Below, one piece after another: positions 1 to 13,410 of a stretch of 64,000 nucleotides of DNA (its first letter is position 1; each line of letters begins with the position of its first letter). The stretch covers positions 55,177,895 to 55,241,894 of the forward strand of contig NC_090384.1 in the NCBI RefSeq assembly GCF_036365525.1. Direction: 5' to 3'. The notes below the pieces were generated by a model, which was not told the DNA's origin, made no database searches, and saw only the letters and a list, made by a program, of their open reading frames with translations. The position numbers and the translations under genes are program-made. The stretch is from Heterodontus francisci. Taxonomy: Eukaryota.

Positions 1-400
1 CTATAGTGGCCTGCAGCAGTCCAAAACAGAATTCTACACTTTACAAAAGTTTTTGTGAACTGGTGATCTGAATTTAGGGATGGTCTAATTGAGCTGTTTA
101 AGTTGATTAACGGATATGAAAGAGGTAGAAACTATTTCCTCTGACTTCAGAACAAAGGGGCGTTACTTTAAAATTATAGCTGGGCCGTTCATTTCTTCAC
201 ATAAAGAGTAGTGAAAATCTTGAACTCTCTTCCCCAAAATGCTGTTGAGCTAGGTCAATCCAAAATTTCAAAACTTAAGTTGATATATTTTTGTTAGGCA
301 AGAGTATTGGGGTATATGGAACCAGAGGGAGTAAATGGAGTTAAGACAAAGATCAACCATAATCTAATTGAATGGTGGAACAGACTAATCCTGTTCCTGT

Positions 401-1239
401 TGTTACCACCCAGTGAGAAAGAGGTCCAGGATTCCCTTTCCGTCTTCACCTAGTCTTACTGTAACAAGGTTTAATTTTAAACATCTTATGTTTAAAGCTC
501 CCCCTTGGTGAATCCTTGTTCACTGCTTTCCAATTATAAGGCAAAGAAACTGGTACAAACAGGCTTTCTTAGGTTTAAAGAAGAAAAGTTGAAATTTATT
601 AGACTTAAACTCTAATTCAGTTGACGCCTGCGGATACATGGTACAACCATGTGAGCATGCATACACGATACGGACATGCAAATAGAAACAGAAAAGAGCA
701 GAAGAAATAAAGTGGATAAGTTTGAGGCAATATCTGAAGAGTTGTTACGGGTCTTCGAGCTCACTGTAGTGTCCTTGATTGTAGGTAGATCTTGCTTTTC
801 GTTGAGGCCAGTATTCTTCTTAAACCTTGTTTGCTGTAGGAGACTTTTCTCTCTTGAGGTTCATGTGTCTTCACTGGATTCAGAGGCTTGTGAGAAAGAG
901 ATGGGAGCAGGCAGACAGGAGAGGTTGCGTGAGCCAGCCAGGAGAGATCTTCTCAGTCCAAGAGCATTCTGCTTTCTGCCCAAACTGTTTGGACAAATTC
1001 AAAAAACTCAGGTTGTGACTAGCTGGCCTGACCATGTCCATTTGTGTATTTGGCCATCTTAGCAGTCAACCTGGAATGCGAGCTCCCCCACCTTTGATGT
1101 CTGTTAATATGTAAAAAAAATTCCAGCCATGGCTGATCTGTTTAACAAGTCACTTCCTCGCTCCAACAACAGTTAAAAATCAATATCCATGACAAAATTG
1201 ATGTGCCTCACTCTTGGCAGGTGGGGGCCTAGCATGACA
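401..1239. mobile_element. Solo LTR-like element (family A, TGTTAC...CATGACA)
   Basis: About 840 bp with TG..CA termini; clearly homologous to copies at 19446, 56364 and 59465. Confidence 0.7.
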
Positions 1240-3399
1240 ATTTACATTCACTCATTATGGTATTCAGGACACTTATATCACATCAAAGTATCTAATGCCA
1301 TTTGGAGGCGATGAGATGATTATCCTGAGCATTAGAAGATGAGGAAGGACCCAAGAAAGCTGAGGTTATCCGCCTTGAAAAGAGGTGAGCAAGGAAGGAT
1401 CTCAGAGGACATAAAAATATGAAAAGCTAAATCCAAAGCAATGACGTTTATTTACAGGGTAAGAATTACTTTTTTTTAAGAGAACAGTGATTAGTTCCTG
1501 CCTTTTAAAGATTTAGATTTTTAATTGTATTCAAGAATATACAGCTCTCTTCTGTTATGGTTCCAGCAAGGCAGGAGGCAGGCTACTTAAACACTGTTCT
1601 GCCTGTCTCAAACCCGAACCAGTTCTAGATAAGTGCATCCTCAGACTGTTATACTACCATAACGGTCTTAGGTCACTCTGAGCCTCATTTTGTTTCATGT
1701 CTTGTGGGCATTCAAGTACTAACTGCCAGCATTAAACAATTTCAGCACAAAAAAACATTTATCCTGATAGCTTGCTGCAACCTTAAATTACTGAAGCTCT
1801 GCTGCTCTTAATCCCCTTTTACAATGCAACTTTAGCCTCACTGCTGAGCGGGAGCCAAAGGTTGCAGTACAGGTGGAGAATCAGTGAACCCACCTAACCA
1901 TAGAAAGAAGCCTTTTTGAAGTGGTTCTCGCATACTATTCCAGTTCCATGACAAATGGGGTCCAGAGTGTACCGAGGCATGTTTTGTAAACCAACCTCCA
2001 GGTTCATTTAAATTGCCGTCCACTCCTCTGAACACATTTTATTTGCCTGGTAGGAAATGCCGCATGTGGTTGTAAACATACTTGCTCAGCATCCTTTCCT
2101 AGGCAGGAAAATTGAACTTGAAACCTGCAATACGCACATAGCTGGCAGAGCCAAGACCACCCGGGGGTCCCTTCACATAAATAACACTGGCTTGGATTTC
2201 ATGGTAAAAATAACGGGGAGGCCATCAATACTCATTGTTAAAGTATAACTTGGAACATAAACTTCCGGCAACAGCACATGTGTAGTTAAATGTGGAAATC
2301 AGAAGCTGTTGTTGCTTGGAATTGCCCTGCTCCTTTAGAAACTTCGCTCTAACAGTATCACGTGGAGACTCAGCATTGGAGCAGCAAGGAGTTGCTGTAC
2401 TTAACTAATAGATGCACACTAAACTCACCAGGAAATGTTAGGGCTTGTCCATTTCAGTGTAAGTAAATTTTTAAAGGTGTGGTAAGTCTTAATTACTGCC
2501 AAACACTTCTCTAACACTGAAAATACAGTGGCATACTTTTATAAGTATGGATTTTCTCCATCATATTTTAATTATTGGAGATTGAAAAATATGAAGCATT
2601 TCTTCAACCTTTTCTTTCATCTATCTCTTAAACCTATCTTGCTCTTTATTTCGTTTTCTGAACCTAATTTGATACTGAATTCACTCTTCCAAATTACACT
2701 TCCAGGTTCAGAAACCGGTTCTGCAAACTGACTAGTTAAGGAGATATACCTTTTCACACAGGTTCTAGATCTCTTTCAGAGGGAACCATGCTGAAGTGGA
2801 TCTCTAATTATCACAAATTACAGTGCAAAAGCTCATAGGAAGTCTGTGGGCAAATGTAATATATGACTGGCACTGTTGGTTCATCAATGACCACATCCCG
2901 GTCCAATAAATGTAATCACTACCTCATGACTAATCCCTCTGCTGTGCTCGCAGAGCTGGAGCTCACTGCTGACAGGCAGGTTCGAAATATCAAAGAGGGA
3001 AGTCCCACTGAGCCTGAACAAATTGTCCTGCCATTCAAACTCCGATGGACCACACCGGGCAGGAGATGGCCCGGATAGGCTGAGAAACCTCGGCTACTCA
3101 GCAGGTGTGGCAGCATCTGTGGAGCGAGAAACAGAGTTAATGGAATTTCAGGTCGGGGATCCTGGGTCAGAACGGACCTTTCTCTCCCAAGAGATGCCGC
3201 CAGACCTGCTGATTATTTCCCCATTTTCTGTTTTTATGTTTGCGTCAAGCGGGATTGCGGCATCTCCCCACCAATTCTCGATCGCCTTTTAAAAAGCAGG
3301 TTGCGCATTCGTGCGAATGATATTTAAAACACTGGAGGGAAAGTGTCCCACTCAAATGCACAGCCAGTGATATTCAGGGCAGATGGTTTATTGCTGAGC

Positions 3400-4990
3400 A
3401 GGAAATTAATTCCGTGTACACATCGAGCTACATGTTAAGAGCCCAGAGAGGATCTGCAGTAAAGCCCGGGTTAGGAGGCGAGGGGGGCGGCTCCCCCACA
3501 CCACCACCACCCTGGGGACAGGCTGGGAGGGGCCGGGAGCTGGAGCTGGAGCTGGAGCTAGTGCTGAGTCGGGCTCACTCTCCCCGCCGGCCGCTCCTAT
3601 CAGGTTACCGGTGTGATTGGCGGCGCCAGCCGGTGCGCTGCAAGCCGCGGAGTCCACCCCCTCCCGGTGACAGAGCGCTCGGCCGGGCGGAGCTGAGGGG
3701 AGTCTGAGCCGGGCAGCACCCGTTCGCTAAGCGGTCGCTCAGCCGGCCGGCGATGGGACCGAGATGCTGGCCAGGAAAGGCCTCGTCCCCGAGGAGTATG
3801 TGCTGCGGCTGGTGGAGGACGTGTCGCGGCCCCGCTACCGGGCCCGGCAGCGCAAGGTGCGCTTCGTGGCCAAGAACGGCGCCTGCAACGTGGCTCACAC
3901 CAACATCCGAGAGCAGGGCCGCTTCCTGCAGGATGTCTTCACCACGCTGGTGGACATGAAATGGCGCCACACGCTGCTCATCTTCACCATGAGCTTCCTG
4001 TGCAGCTGGCTGCTCTTCGCCATGATCTGGTGGCTCATCGCCTTCGCACACGGCGACCTGCACCGGCCCGAGGCCCCGTTCGTGCCGTGCGTCACCAGCC
4101 TGCGCTCCTTCACCTCGGCCTTCCTCTTCTCCATCGAGGTGCAGGTCACCATCGGCTTCGGCGGCCGCATGATCACCGAGGAGTGCCCGGCCGCCATCAC
4201 CGTGCTCATCGCGCAGAACATCGTGGGCCTGGTCATCAACGCCATCATGCTGGGCTGCATCTTCATGAAGACCTCGCAGGCCCACCGCCGGGCCGAGACC
4301 CTCATCTTCAGCAAGCACGCCGTCATCTCGCCCCGCAACGGCCGCCTCTGCTTCATGTGCCGGGTGGGCGACCTCCGCAAGAGCATGATCATCGGCGCCA
4401 GCATCCGCATGCAGGTGGTGAAGAAGACGGCCACGGCCGAGGGCGAGCTGCTGCCCCTCGACCAGATCGACGTGCAGATGGACAGCCCGGTGGGCGACGG
4501 CGGCATCTTCCTGGTCTCCCCGCTCATCATCTCGCACGTCATCGGGCCCGGCAGCCCGCTCTACCCGCTCTCGGCCGCCGACCTGAGCCGCCAGGACTTC
4601 GAGGTGATCGTCATCCTGGAGGGGGTGGTGGAGACCACCGGCATCACCACCCAGGCCCGCACCTCCTACCTGGCCGACGAGGTCCTGTGGGGACACCGCT
4701 TCGTGGCCGTGGTGAGCGAGGAGGACGGCCGCTACTCGGTGGATTACTCCAAGTTCGGCAACACCGTCAAGGTGGCCATGCCGCCCCTGGGCGCCGGGCG
4801 GCCGGGGCCGGAGCCCGAGCCCGACTCGGAGCCGGGCGGACAGAGCCCCCGCGCCGCCACCTTCGACATCTTCCTGCCGGAGAACTCGGTGAGGAGAAGG
4901 GCCTCGGCCCCGCAGTCGGAGCAAACTGAGCCCAGGGAGGAGGAGAGGAGGAGGAGGCCGTGAACACACACCCACACCCGCATCTCCCTC
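3400..4990. promoter_or_regulatory. CpG island covering the KCNJ11 promoter/5' region and CDS
   Basis: Abrupt switch to very GC- and CpG-rich sequence against an AT-rich background; GGGGCGG box near 3484 and (GGAGCT)x4 at about 3535-3558. Confidence 0.75.
3764..4963 (+). CDS. KCNJ11: ATP-sensitive inward rectifier K+ channel Kir6.2, single coding exon, 399 aa
   Basis: N-terminus [22 protein letters not shown] closely follows Kir6.2 ([20 protein letters not shown]). It has [18 protein letters not shown], the M1/M2 helices, the Kir6 filter TIGFG, ATP-site residues equivalent to R50/K185/R201/G334, and an RRR ER-retention-like motif. The intronless CDS and adjacent NCR3LG1-like gene favour KCNJ11 over KCNJ8. 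Confidence 0.93.
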   Translation: MLARKGLVPEEYVLRLVEDVSRPRYRARQRKVRFVAKNGACNVAHTNIREQGRFLQDVFTTLVDMKWRHTLLIFTMSFLCSWLLFAMIWWLIAFAHGDLHRPEAPFVPCVTSLRSFTSAFLFSIEVQVTIGFGGRMITEECPAAITVLIAQNIVGLVINAIMLGCIFMKTSQAHRRAETLIFSKHAVISPRNGRLCFMCRVGDLRKSMIIGASIRMQVVKKTATAEGELLPLDQIDVQMDSPVGDGGIFLVSPLIISHVIGPGSPLYPLSAADLSRQDFEVIVILEGVVETTGITTQARTSYLADEVLWGHRFVAVVSEEDGRYSVDYSKFGNTVKVAMPPLGAGRPGPEPEPDSEPGGQSPRAATFDIFLPENSVRRRASAPQSEQTEPREEERRRRP

Positions 4991-5008
4991 CCCAGAGAGT
5001 TCTCAGCT

Positions 5009-5030
5009 TCACACACACACGCACACACAC
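5009..5030. repeat. (CA)n microsatellite in the KCNJ11 3' region
   Basis: Read directly. Confidence 0.85.
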
Positions 5031-8000
5031 TGGAAGCAGCTTTCTCAAATGGGATCTCTTTCAAATGGTTCCGTTCTTTGTATGAGTGGGCGAATCTATT
5101 TAAAATGGGTTAGTTTATTTATGTATAAAGTTGCTTCTGAAACACTGAGCGACGGGGAGATTTTAAAGCACTTTCTCGGGGCTCTGGGTATCTATGGCAG
5201 GGCCGGTGCTGAAGTTAACAGTTCCTCACAGTTAGCGCACTCACTACTGGATGGATTTCGTTATTGCTCGCAGTGTCTCAGACAGAAAACACAGTCACGG
5301 TTGGAGTGTAGGACAAGACAAAAGTCCAGATTCCGAGAGGGCAAAGCACCGTTAGATCTGTCAGAAGAACGCGGCAGCGTTATCATCATGCGGGTTTACA
5401 ATCAAAGAACCCCCATGGTTTAGAAAACAAATAGTCAATGTGTACATTGACTTTCTGTGGCTTTTTATGTCTTAAGTGAATGTTCTGATTGTGAACACAA
5501 TCTCAGTATCAACCAGATAGAGCTTATACATCCCACCTAACTACTGTACAGAATCACCCCGCCTCAAGCTCTAAAATATCATTTTTATTATGTATGCCTC
5601 AAACTAATATCACCCAATTAATAACACATGAAAAGCACATTTTTCGGACTGTTGCATTTTTGCCAACAGCATTGAAGAACTTCGGTCGTTTCCCTGTTCA
5701 AGTAGCTGATTTCCTCAGGGTGTATTAACAATTTACAAACCCACAGCAATGCAAGTGGCTGCACTCCTTGAGCGCATGGGTGCATTTTCATTCAAACCAC
5801 TGAACTTTTTAAATTATTGGAACGGCAGAGTAAATGTAAGATATATGAGCGTTCACCAGGTGCGATGTTGATAAGGTTTAATTCCTTCTCGTTATCGTTA
5901 AGTAAAATTACATTCACATGACCTATTAAGCTGCCAATTATGAAGAATTTACAAAAATTCATTTGGGACAAAAAAACCTGAAAGGAACGAACGAAAAAAG
6001 ACACCCTGTAAGTATTGAATCTATAGTCGAATAATTGAATGCAATTCAATTCTGTGGTTAATTCTTATCTTCACACTAAACCAGAATGACGAGATCATCC
6101 TGGAAAGTACCATAAATTTTTATTGTTTAAAAAAAAGTTCAGGGATACATCCTACCAACATCAGAGATTTTAATCTTTATTTCATTTTACCGCGAGTCCA
6201 TCTAAAACCAAAGAAAATCTTATCTGGTATGGAGCGAGACTTGTTTACAAGGCTCAGACCTCCAGCCAGATTGAATTGTATTACAGGGTGTTTGGCCTCT
6301 AATTCCTTAAAATCAACATCTTATTAAAGTAGTAACAGAATTAGCAGAAATTGATCAATCTTGATCAGTCTTGGCGACAATGGCCGTCCATCTAGATTCC
6401 CAGTATAAGCTTACTACAGTTGCTATTTTTTTACAATAAGTGACTGAATTCAGGACTCAAATTTACCCAGTCACTGAACCATACATTTTAGGAAAAGTTT
6501 CCCCAATTATTACTGATCTGTGAAACTGACAGTCTATGGTAATTAGGAGCAAATAGTTGAATGCAAGCGGGAGAGTTTACCACATGTTCCCAGGCCGATG
6601 CATATTTTTGGAGATCAGAATACTGGAGATGCTACCTAGTTCCATCATAACAACCAAAGATTGAAGCAAACTTTGGGAATTTATATCTGGAACCAGTTAT
6701 TCTGTCCGGCATCTGCAGAATATACAGTAGCAGTATTAGTGTTCTCATGTGGGAATAGAAACCCATTAAAAAAAAATAAGCTAAGCCAAGTGCACACCCT
6801 CTTACATGAACAGCAAGATTTGCAACTGAAACTACTTAGATGCAGTAATGGTGTGTTTATGGTGAAACTTTAGTGTCAGTACTTGCTTTGCAGCAATATT
6901 AAAGTTACAGTCTAACTTAGCTCAACTTCAGAATCCAGTCATGAGACTCCTGGAAGAGGTTGCTTGGATTTTGATACCGCATGAAATTCAACACCAGAGT
7001 GCAGTCAACCCTGGTTTAAAAAGTGCTCATAGGCCTCTTCAATCATTGAGTTTTTTTTAAACTTACCTCGAGTTGATTTAAAATGTTCAGAGAATTTAAA
7101 TGTTCTTGCTGTTCTCTGTAAACATTTAAAATGTAACTCCTATGAAGCACAGATGTACCAATCTCCCTTATGGACAGAACAAATGCATATTGGAGGCTGG
7201 TGCAATAAATTAGATACTGCCTAGAATCAGTAGCTACAGTATCAATGCACCAAAACATAAAGCAAATGATTTATGTTATTAATGGGAAAATGGACAAAAC
7301 TGTGGAATTTAATCCCCAAAATTCTGCAAAGAAAATTGGAATCCCATGTAATAAAATTAATTTATCAATGCTGGTAAATATAAATGAATTTTTGAAAAAA
7401 TCATTAGTTATTATTAAACATATGCATTAATTGCAAAGGCATAATGTAGTAATTTGTAGAAATAAAATCCTATGTTTCATATCTGCTGCATGAAACAAGA
7501 TCGAGAAATCATCCAGAAAGTCTTATATTTACATAACGTTTGGCATGACAGTTGTAAATAAAAAAAAACAAATTGGATTTGAAAATCTGACTGGTTTCTG
7601 TGTCCAACAAGTTTTGGACTCAAGGCCTCCAGGAAAGAGAAAATCTCTGTAAATTGAAAACACAACAACCTGGAAAAGCTGTGATACCTGTATTGAAAAT
7701 CTGTCCTTCTTGCAAGTAACCCCACCAACAGCAATGTTTAATGTCGCCACACGATTAATACTATGCATTTCAGACTTTCAGGTAGAGGTTTCTTTTGCAC
7801 CAGCAAACCAAAAATTAAACCCAACAGTTTTAAACACTTCATTTTTAAACGGAGCTCTTACCTGCTTCCAAATGGAAATCAGTTCATCTGATATTTCAAG
7901 TGAGGTTGTCCATGCAACTCAGATTTTTCTCCTGAATCATAGTTATTTAGACTTGGGCTACATAGCACATTCACAACTATATCAATCCACCATTATCCTC

Positions 8001-9499
8001 TTTATTCAACACCTAGGGTGTATTTGTGCATTATAATCAATGGATCACATTTCCACAGAACATAAATAGGGTTATTTTTAGTTAAATCATCAAGACTGCA
8101 ATTTAGATAGTTTAATCAACCTGCCTAATAGTCATTTTAATCTAATTTATATGTCACTCCAGTCTGACTACATCTGAGCTACTAAATACAGTCAGTTTGA
8201 ATGGGAAAAAATAAACGTCTAATAGATCAAGTGCTGGCAGTGTGTGGACTCAGAAAATCTGCCTTCTATAGAGTCAAGGTTTTCTAAGTACAGGTCAAAA
8301 AACTGGTCCAAAACCGTGGGGTTCCAGTCTACAATTTGGAGTGGAATAAAGAAAGATAACTTAATTCTAGTTATTTCTGAAACATGTTTATCATGTATAA
8401 CTAGACTCATAAAAATTATCAAAATCTCCCAAATCGTTATTTTTGTCTGTTCTTACTATTCAGAAATCAAACCCTCAGAAATACAAAGAAGCATTTTCTC
8501 TGCAGCCTTTAGTTTTGTTATTCAGCATCTAAAATTTATCTTTTCAACCTCACGCTATATGGTAAAAAAACGGAATGTATTCAACGTGCAAACATTAGAA
8601 TATAGCATGTGAAGCTATTATTGTCAGTTGGATTGCCAGCTATTACCCATGTATAAGGTCTTTGAGTGCATGGCGCCCTCTATTGTTTCCCGAGATAAAT
8701 TCATGCTTGAAAAGAATTACTCAAAAGAATAATTGACTAGAAGGAACTCGATTTGAAGTTTGTAATTCAAGGTTACATTCTATTATTCAGAAATATCTAA
8801 AAAATATATATTTAAATGAACATGGTTTTACATACAATGTAAAGGATCCCCAACAACAATCCTCCACTGGCATTCCCTCAGAAAGTAGAGGGGTATCTAG
8901 ACTCTGCTATGAGGCAGTTTGTAAAATATTTAACTGAGAAAATGACGAAAAACAGGGCAGCTACTATTAAGAGCATAAATAAAAATAGAACATACACCAT
9001 TTTCACCGGGATGAGAGAAGAAGCAGGTTTCAAAATCATGTCAAAATGTTAATCTATCTTTTAAAATTGAGCCTCTTTCATGCTTATGCATATTATGCAT
9101 CAGTCTGTACACCTTAACAATCCTGCGTCATTTATCATTGCAATTCATAAAGCAAACAATATTATGAGGCACACATTTAACTTGAACATTGTAATGATCA
9201 AGTTATTTTTATCTGACTTTGGAAGACGTAAAAAATAATTTTAACCAGGTGAATTACCAATACATATTTCAATGGGTTAAAGTAATCCAGATGCCGAGAA
9301 GGGGATGTTAAGAAATGTGAAAGCTAAATCTTGTACAATGTGACTGAAATATTCTCTTGAAAAAATCCAATATGCAGCCTATAATAGTTGGAAACATATC
9401 AAATGTATCTTCTCCCATCCCTTACGCACAAAATTAATTTTGTATTTGTTTATACATTTATATATGGTGCTTAAATTAACTTACTTTGAATCATCCTAC

Positions 9500-10400
9500 A
9501 ACAGTTACTTGCATTTATATAGTGCCTTTATTGTAGAATTATAAAACAAAATTTGACACCAAACCACATAAGGAGATATTAGGGCAGATAACCAACTGCT
9601 TGTTCAAAGAGGTAGGTTCTAAGAAACATCTTAAAGAAGGAAAGAGGGAGGGAATTCTAGAGCTTCAGGCCTTGGCAATTGAAAGCATAGCTGCCACTGG
9701 TGGAATAATTAAGATCAGGAATGCTCAAGAGGCCAGAATTAGAGGAGTGCAGATATCTCGGAGGGTTATAGGACTAGAAGAGATTACAGAGATGGGGGGG
9801 GGGGGGGGGGGGCGTGGAAACAATGGAGGGGTTTGAAAACAAGGATGACAATTTCAAAATTGAGGTGTTGCTTTACTAGAAGCCAGTGTAGTTGCCGAGC
9901 ATAGAGGTGATGGATGATCAGGACTTCATGTGAGTTAGAAACAGAGTTTTCAATTATCTCAAATTGGGAACTAAGTTTGTGGCAGAGACTGAAGACAATG
10001 GCTTCCCAATTTCTGTTCATCCAGTACTGGATGTCAGATAAGTAGTCTGAGAATTTGAAAGAGTGGAGGGGTCAAGAGAGGTGATGGCGAGGTAGAGTTA
10101 GTTGTGTTGCATCAGCATACATGTGGAAACTGACTGTTTTCAGATGATGTCACCAAGGGGCAGCATGTAAATGAGAAATACGAGGGGGTCAAAGATAGGT
10201 ACTTGGGGGATTCCAGAAGTAATGCTGCAGGAGGGAAAGGTAATTCTCTGGCTCTGATTCGATAGATTAGAATGGAACCAAGCAAGGGCAGTTCACCTAG
10301 TTGGATGACAAAGAGTTGTTGAAGGAGGATGATGTAGTCAACTGTTAAAGGCTGCAGATGGGTCAAGAAGGATGAGGAGGGATGGTTTAGCATGGTCAAA
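9500..10400 (-). mobile_element. L2 LINE 3' fragment
   Basis: acttgcatttatatagtgcctt tail in reverse; similar to 63395-64000 and to the plus-strand copy at 61440-61970. Confidence 0.6.
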
Positions 10401-10529
10401 GAATATCTCTTCTCTACATACACACATGCAAATACATGACAGTTCAAAAGATATTAACAATTGAAGGTGGCTAACTTTGTCGATAGAACCAAGAAAGCAC
10501 AACACTGAATTAAGAGCTCTTAATCTGTG

Positions 10530-11050
10530 TCAGCCATGGCCCAGCTGTTAGCACTTTTGCTTGAGTCAGAAAGTTGTGGATTCAAGTCCCATTCCAGAAA
10601 CTTGACAACAAAAATTTAGGTTGACATTCCAGTGCAGTATTGACCACTGATCACCTCCAGGCGCTTACCCATTGTCTCTCGAGACAAGGAGGCCAAAGAA
10701 GAAGAAGAATTGATGGAGTGCTGCACTGTTGGCGGTACCATCTTTCAGATGAGATGTTAAACCGAGGCCCTGTCTGCCTTCTCAGATGAATGTAAAATCT
10801 CATGCTGCTATTAAAAAAGTGAGGGAGTTAACCTTAGTGTCCTGGCCAACATTTATCCCTCAATCAACATCACACACAAACAAACTGATTATCTGGTCAT
10901 TATCACCTTGCTGTTTGTGGCATCCTGCTGTGCAAATTGGCTGCTGCATTTCCTACATTATAACAGTGACTATAGTTCATTGGCTGTAAAGTGCTTTGTG
11001 ATGTTTTGAGGTTGTGAAAGGTGCTATATAAATGCAAATCTTTCTTTTAC
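10530..11050 (+). mobile_element. Deu-domain SINE (SacSINE1/AmnSINE-related)
   Basis: tRNA-like head (GATTCAAGTCCC), CTTTCAGATGAGATGTTAAACCGAGGCCCTG Deu-like core, and L2-like tail GCTATATAAATGCAA. Confidence 0.7.
10644..10708 (+). mobile_element. 65-bp 3' tip of an RTE-like LINE with (GAA)n tail and ATTGA TSD
   Basis: attga|ccactgatcacc...ccattgtctctcgagacaaggaggcc aaagaagaagaaga|attga, interrupting the Deu-SINE. Confidence 0.55.
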
Positions 11051-12949
11051 AGAGGCCTCAATCCAAATCATACACAGATACATTACCTTCAACGATTTAT
11101 TTGGTTTATCTGTGGTAATACAATTAGAATCACAACAAACTTTGGTATCAGAGTGATTATGGTAAGAGTAAACGATTAGAAGCAATTCTAAACTATTATA
11201 AATGCATCAGTTCATTTAACTACATATATCTCATCACCAGCTCTGTGTGGGAAAATTGATTTTTGCCTATAATGAATTTTTTAAACTTAATATTTTGTAC
11301 TGCTCAAAAGATGTAAACATTTAATGCCCAAGATCTCATTAAAGGGTTCTTAAAGGAAAACATATTAGTTCATTTCCAAATGAGCTGGCTATGGTGGACT
11401 TCATCAGTGCAAATGGTTAAGGCTGGGGACAATTGTATATTCCAGGTTGGATGGATATTGGATGGAACTAGCACATTCAACGACTTGGGCCATTATCAGA
11501 GATTGCTCTCATTCAATATTGATGAATGCCTATTTGTTCTAATGAAATAATAAGCGGTATATCATCTGTTACTTTGGTGTCAGGATGTCCACAAACTACC
11601 TGGGTACTGATCAAATGGCAGGTCCCAGGTTGGGATAGTGACTTTGACAGTTTGCGAGCAGTTCAAAAGCAGGTAGGGTCACTGGGCTGAGTTCTTTGAG
11701 TTGAAAGCTCAGCAGGCAGTGTTGCCTCTCATAGAATTATTTTGGGAGTCAGAAAGCAATCAATAGGTGAACTGCAAGAATTGCAAGGCACCTTGGTTTT
11801 AAATCATTGCCAGCCTAGCCAGGGAGGCACACAAATTGGCATTTGGAATTAAGTGGATTTTTAGAATCAATGTTTGGAGAGAAAGTGAGTGGCTGCATTA
11901 TTTTTATAGTGTAATTGAAGAGTACAGGAATATATTTATCACTGTTATATTTACTGTTCAATCATCTTATGTAAATAAAGTGACTTGTTGGTCCAAAATT
12001 TGCATCTTGATTTGGTAAGTTTCTATTCAGGCCATTGTTTGAAAACAAAAGTCACGTGGTGGCACAACACACATTCCAATAGGCTGTGTTCAGATTAAGG
12101 GTTAATTGTTGCAATCCCCGGTCTCACTATAATTTACCTAAATATTGGATAAAAAATAGGTAGCTGAATTGTGGGAGACACATTATCTACTTATAGTGAG
12201 GTCAGTGAAACAATAACTGAGAAAGATGTATTGTAATAACTCAAAGATTGACACCAGATTTTGCTAAATTAAACTGGGGTCCCTAGAATACTGTGACACC
12301 TCAAATTCAATTCCTGTGACAAGCCCAACCAAATTGTGCAGCACATTAACAAATGCTCTAAACATTTATCAGCAATTTTACTTATAAGAACATAATTACA
12401 ATCATGACCATGTTTACAATCAAACATTAACCATTATAAACAATCAAATACTGATGGTTTAAAGAAAAGTGTAAGTTGGAACAATTAAAAAAAACTCAAA
12501 CATTTTTTCCCAATGGATTTTTTTTTTGTCAAGACTCTTCTATCTAGAAGCATAAATTACAAAAATGAGGCAATACATAACCTTAGGCTGGAGTTCGATT
12601 ACTGTGTAGCATATAATTGTGGGTGGATTTTGATTGGGTTAAAATCAGGCCCTCTAGTCACTAGGATGTTACCAGGGCTAAAGGGGCTACGAAAAGTTGC
12701 AATATATAGCACCTTGAATGTAGCAAAATATCCCAAGTATCTACAGTTATGAAAGGGAGCATGAGAAGCTCGGCCTTTTTTTTTGCTAAAACTGAGAAGA
12801 TTAAGATATGCTGCAAGGTCCACAACATTATGAAGGGTCATAAAGGTAAATAGTAGTAGATTGTTTTCAGTGGTCAACAGGATGGTGTTGAGAAGATACA
12901 CATTTAAACTAATCACAAAATTAAGCAAAGGTTAGAACAAATGTTTTAA

Positions 12950-13410
12950 AACAGCTCGAGGAACAGCACCTCATCTTCCGATTAGGTATTTTACAGCCTT
13001 CTGGACTCAACATTGAGTTCAACAATTTCAGGCCATGACCCCCATTTTGTGTTTTTTTTTACAATGTGTTAGTCTTAAACTTGTTTTTCATGCTTTCTGC
13101 TTTTGGACAGAGCTATTCATTATTTTGCCATTGACACTTTCACTGGACAAATGCTTTGTCTTTTAGCACAATTATTACCACCCCCTTTGCCTTTTGTTCC
13201 ATAACATCTTTGTCATTTAATCTGTCTCACCCTATCACACACCTCTTTTGTTCTTCCTCCCCCTCCCCCCTTTTAATGGCATAAAACCTATCACATTTCT
13301 ACCTTCCTTTAGTTCTGAAGAAGCCATATCCAAGTCGAACCGTCAACTCTGTTTCTCTCCACAGAAACTGCCAGATCTGCTGAGTATTTCCACCGCTTTG
13401 TTTTTGTTTT
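12950..13410 (+). mobile_element. Penelope-like retroelement 3' fragment
   Basis: Encodes LEEQHLIFRLGILQPSGLNIEFNNF (C-terminus of the GIY-YIG region), followed by the terminal repeat also seen at 3070-3260, 49757-49845 and 58625-58853. Confidence 0.65.

Noticed and set aside
1-3400. ABCC8 (SUR1) terminal exons, expected upstream of KCNJ11 by synteny
   Set aside because: No ABC-transporter coding motif was recognisable; the region is repeats and unassignable non-coding DNA.
3605-4975. 456-aa antisense ORF and other long overlapping ORFs (3895-4542, 3961-4929) over KCNJ11
   Set aside because: Shadow ORFs expected from extreme GC3 codon bias; no recognisable domains.
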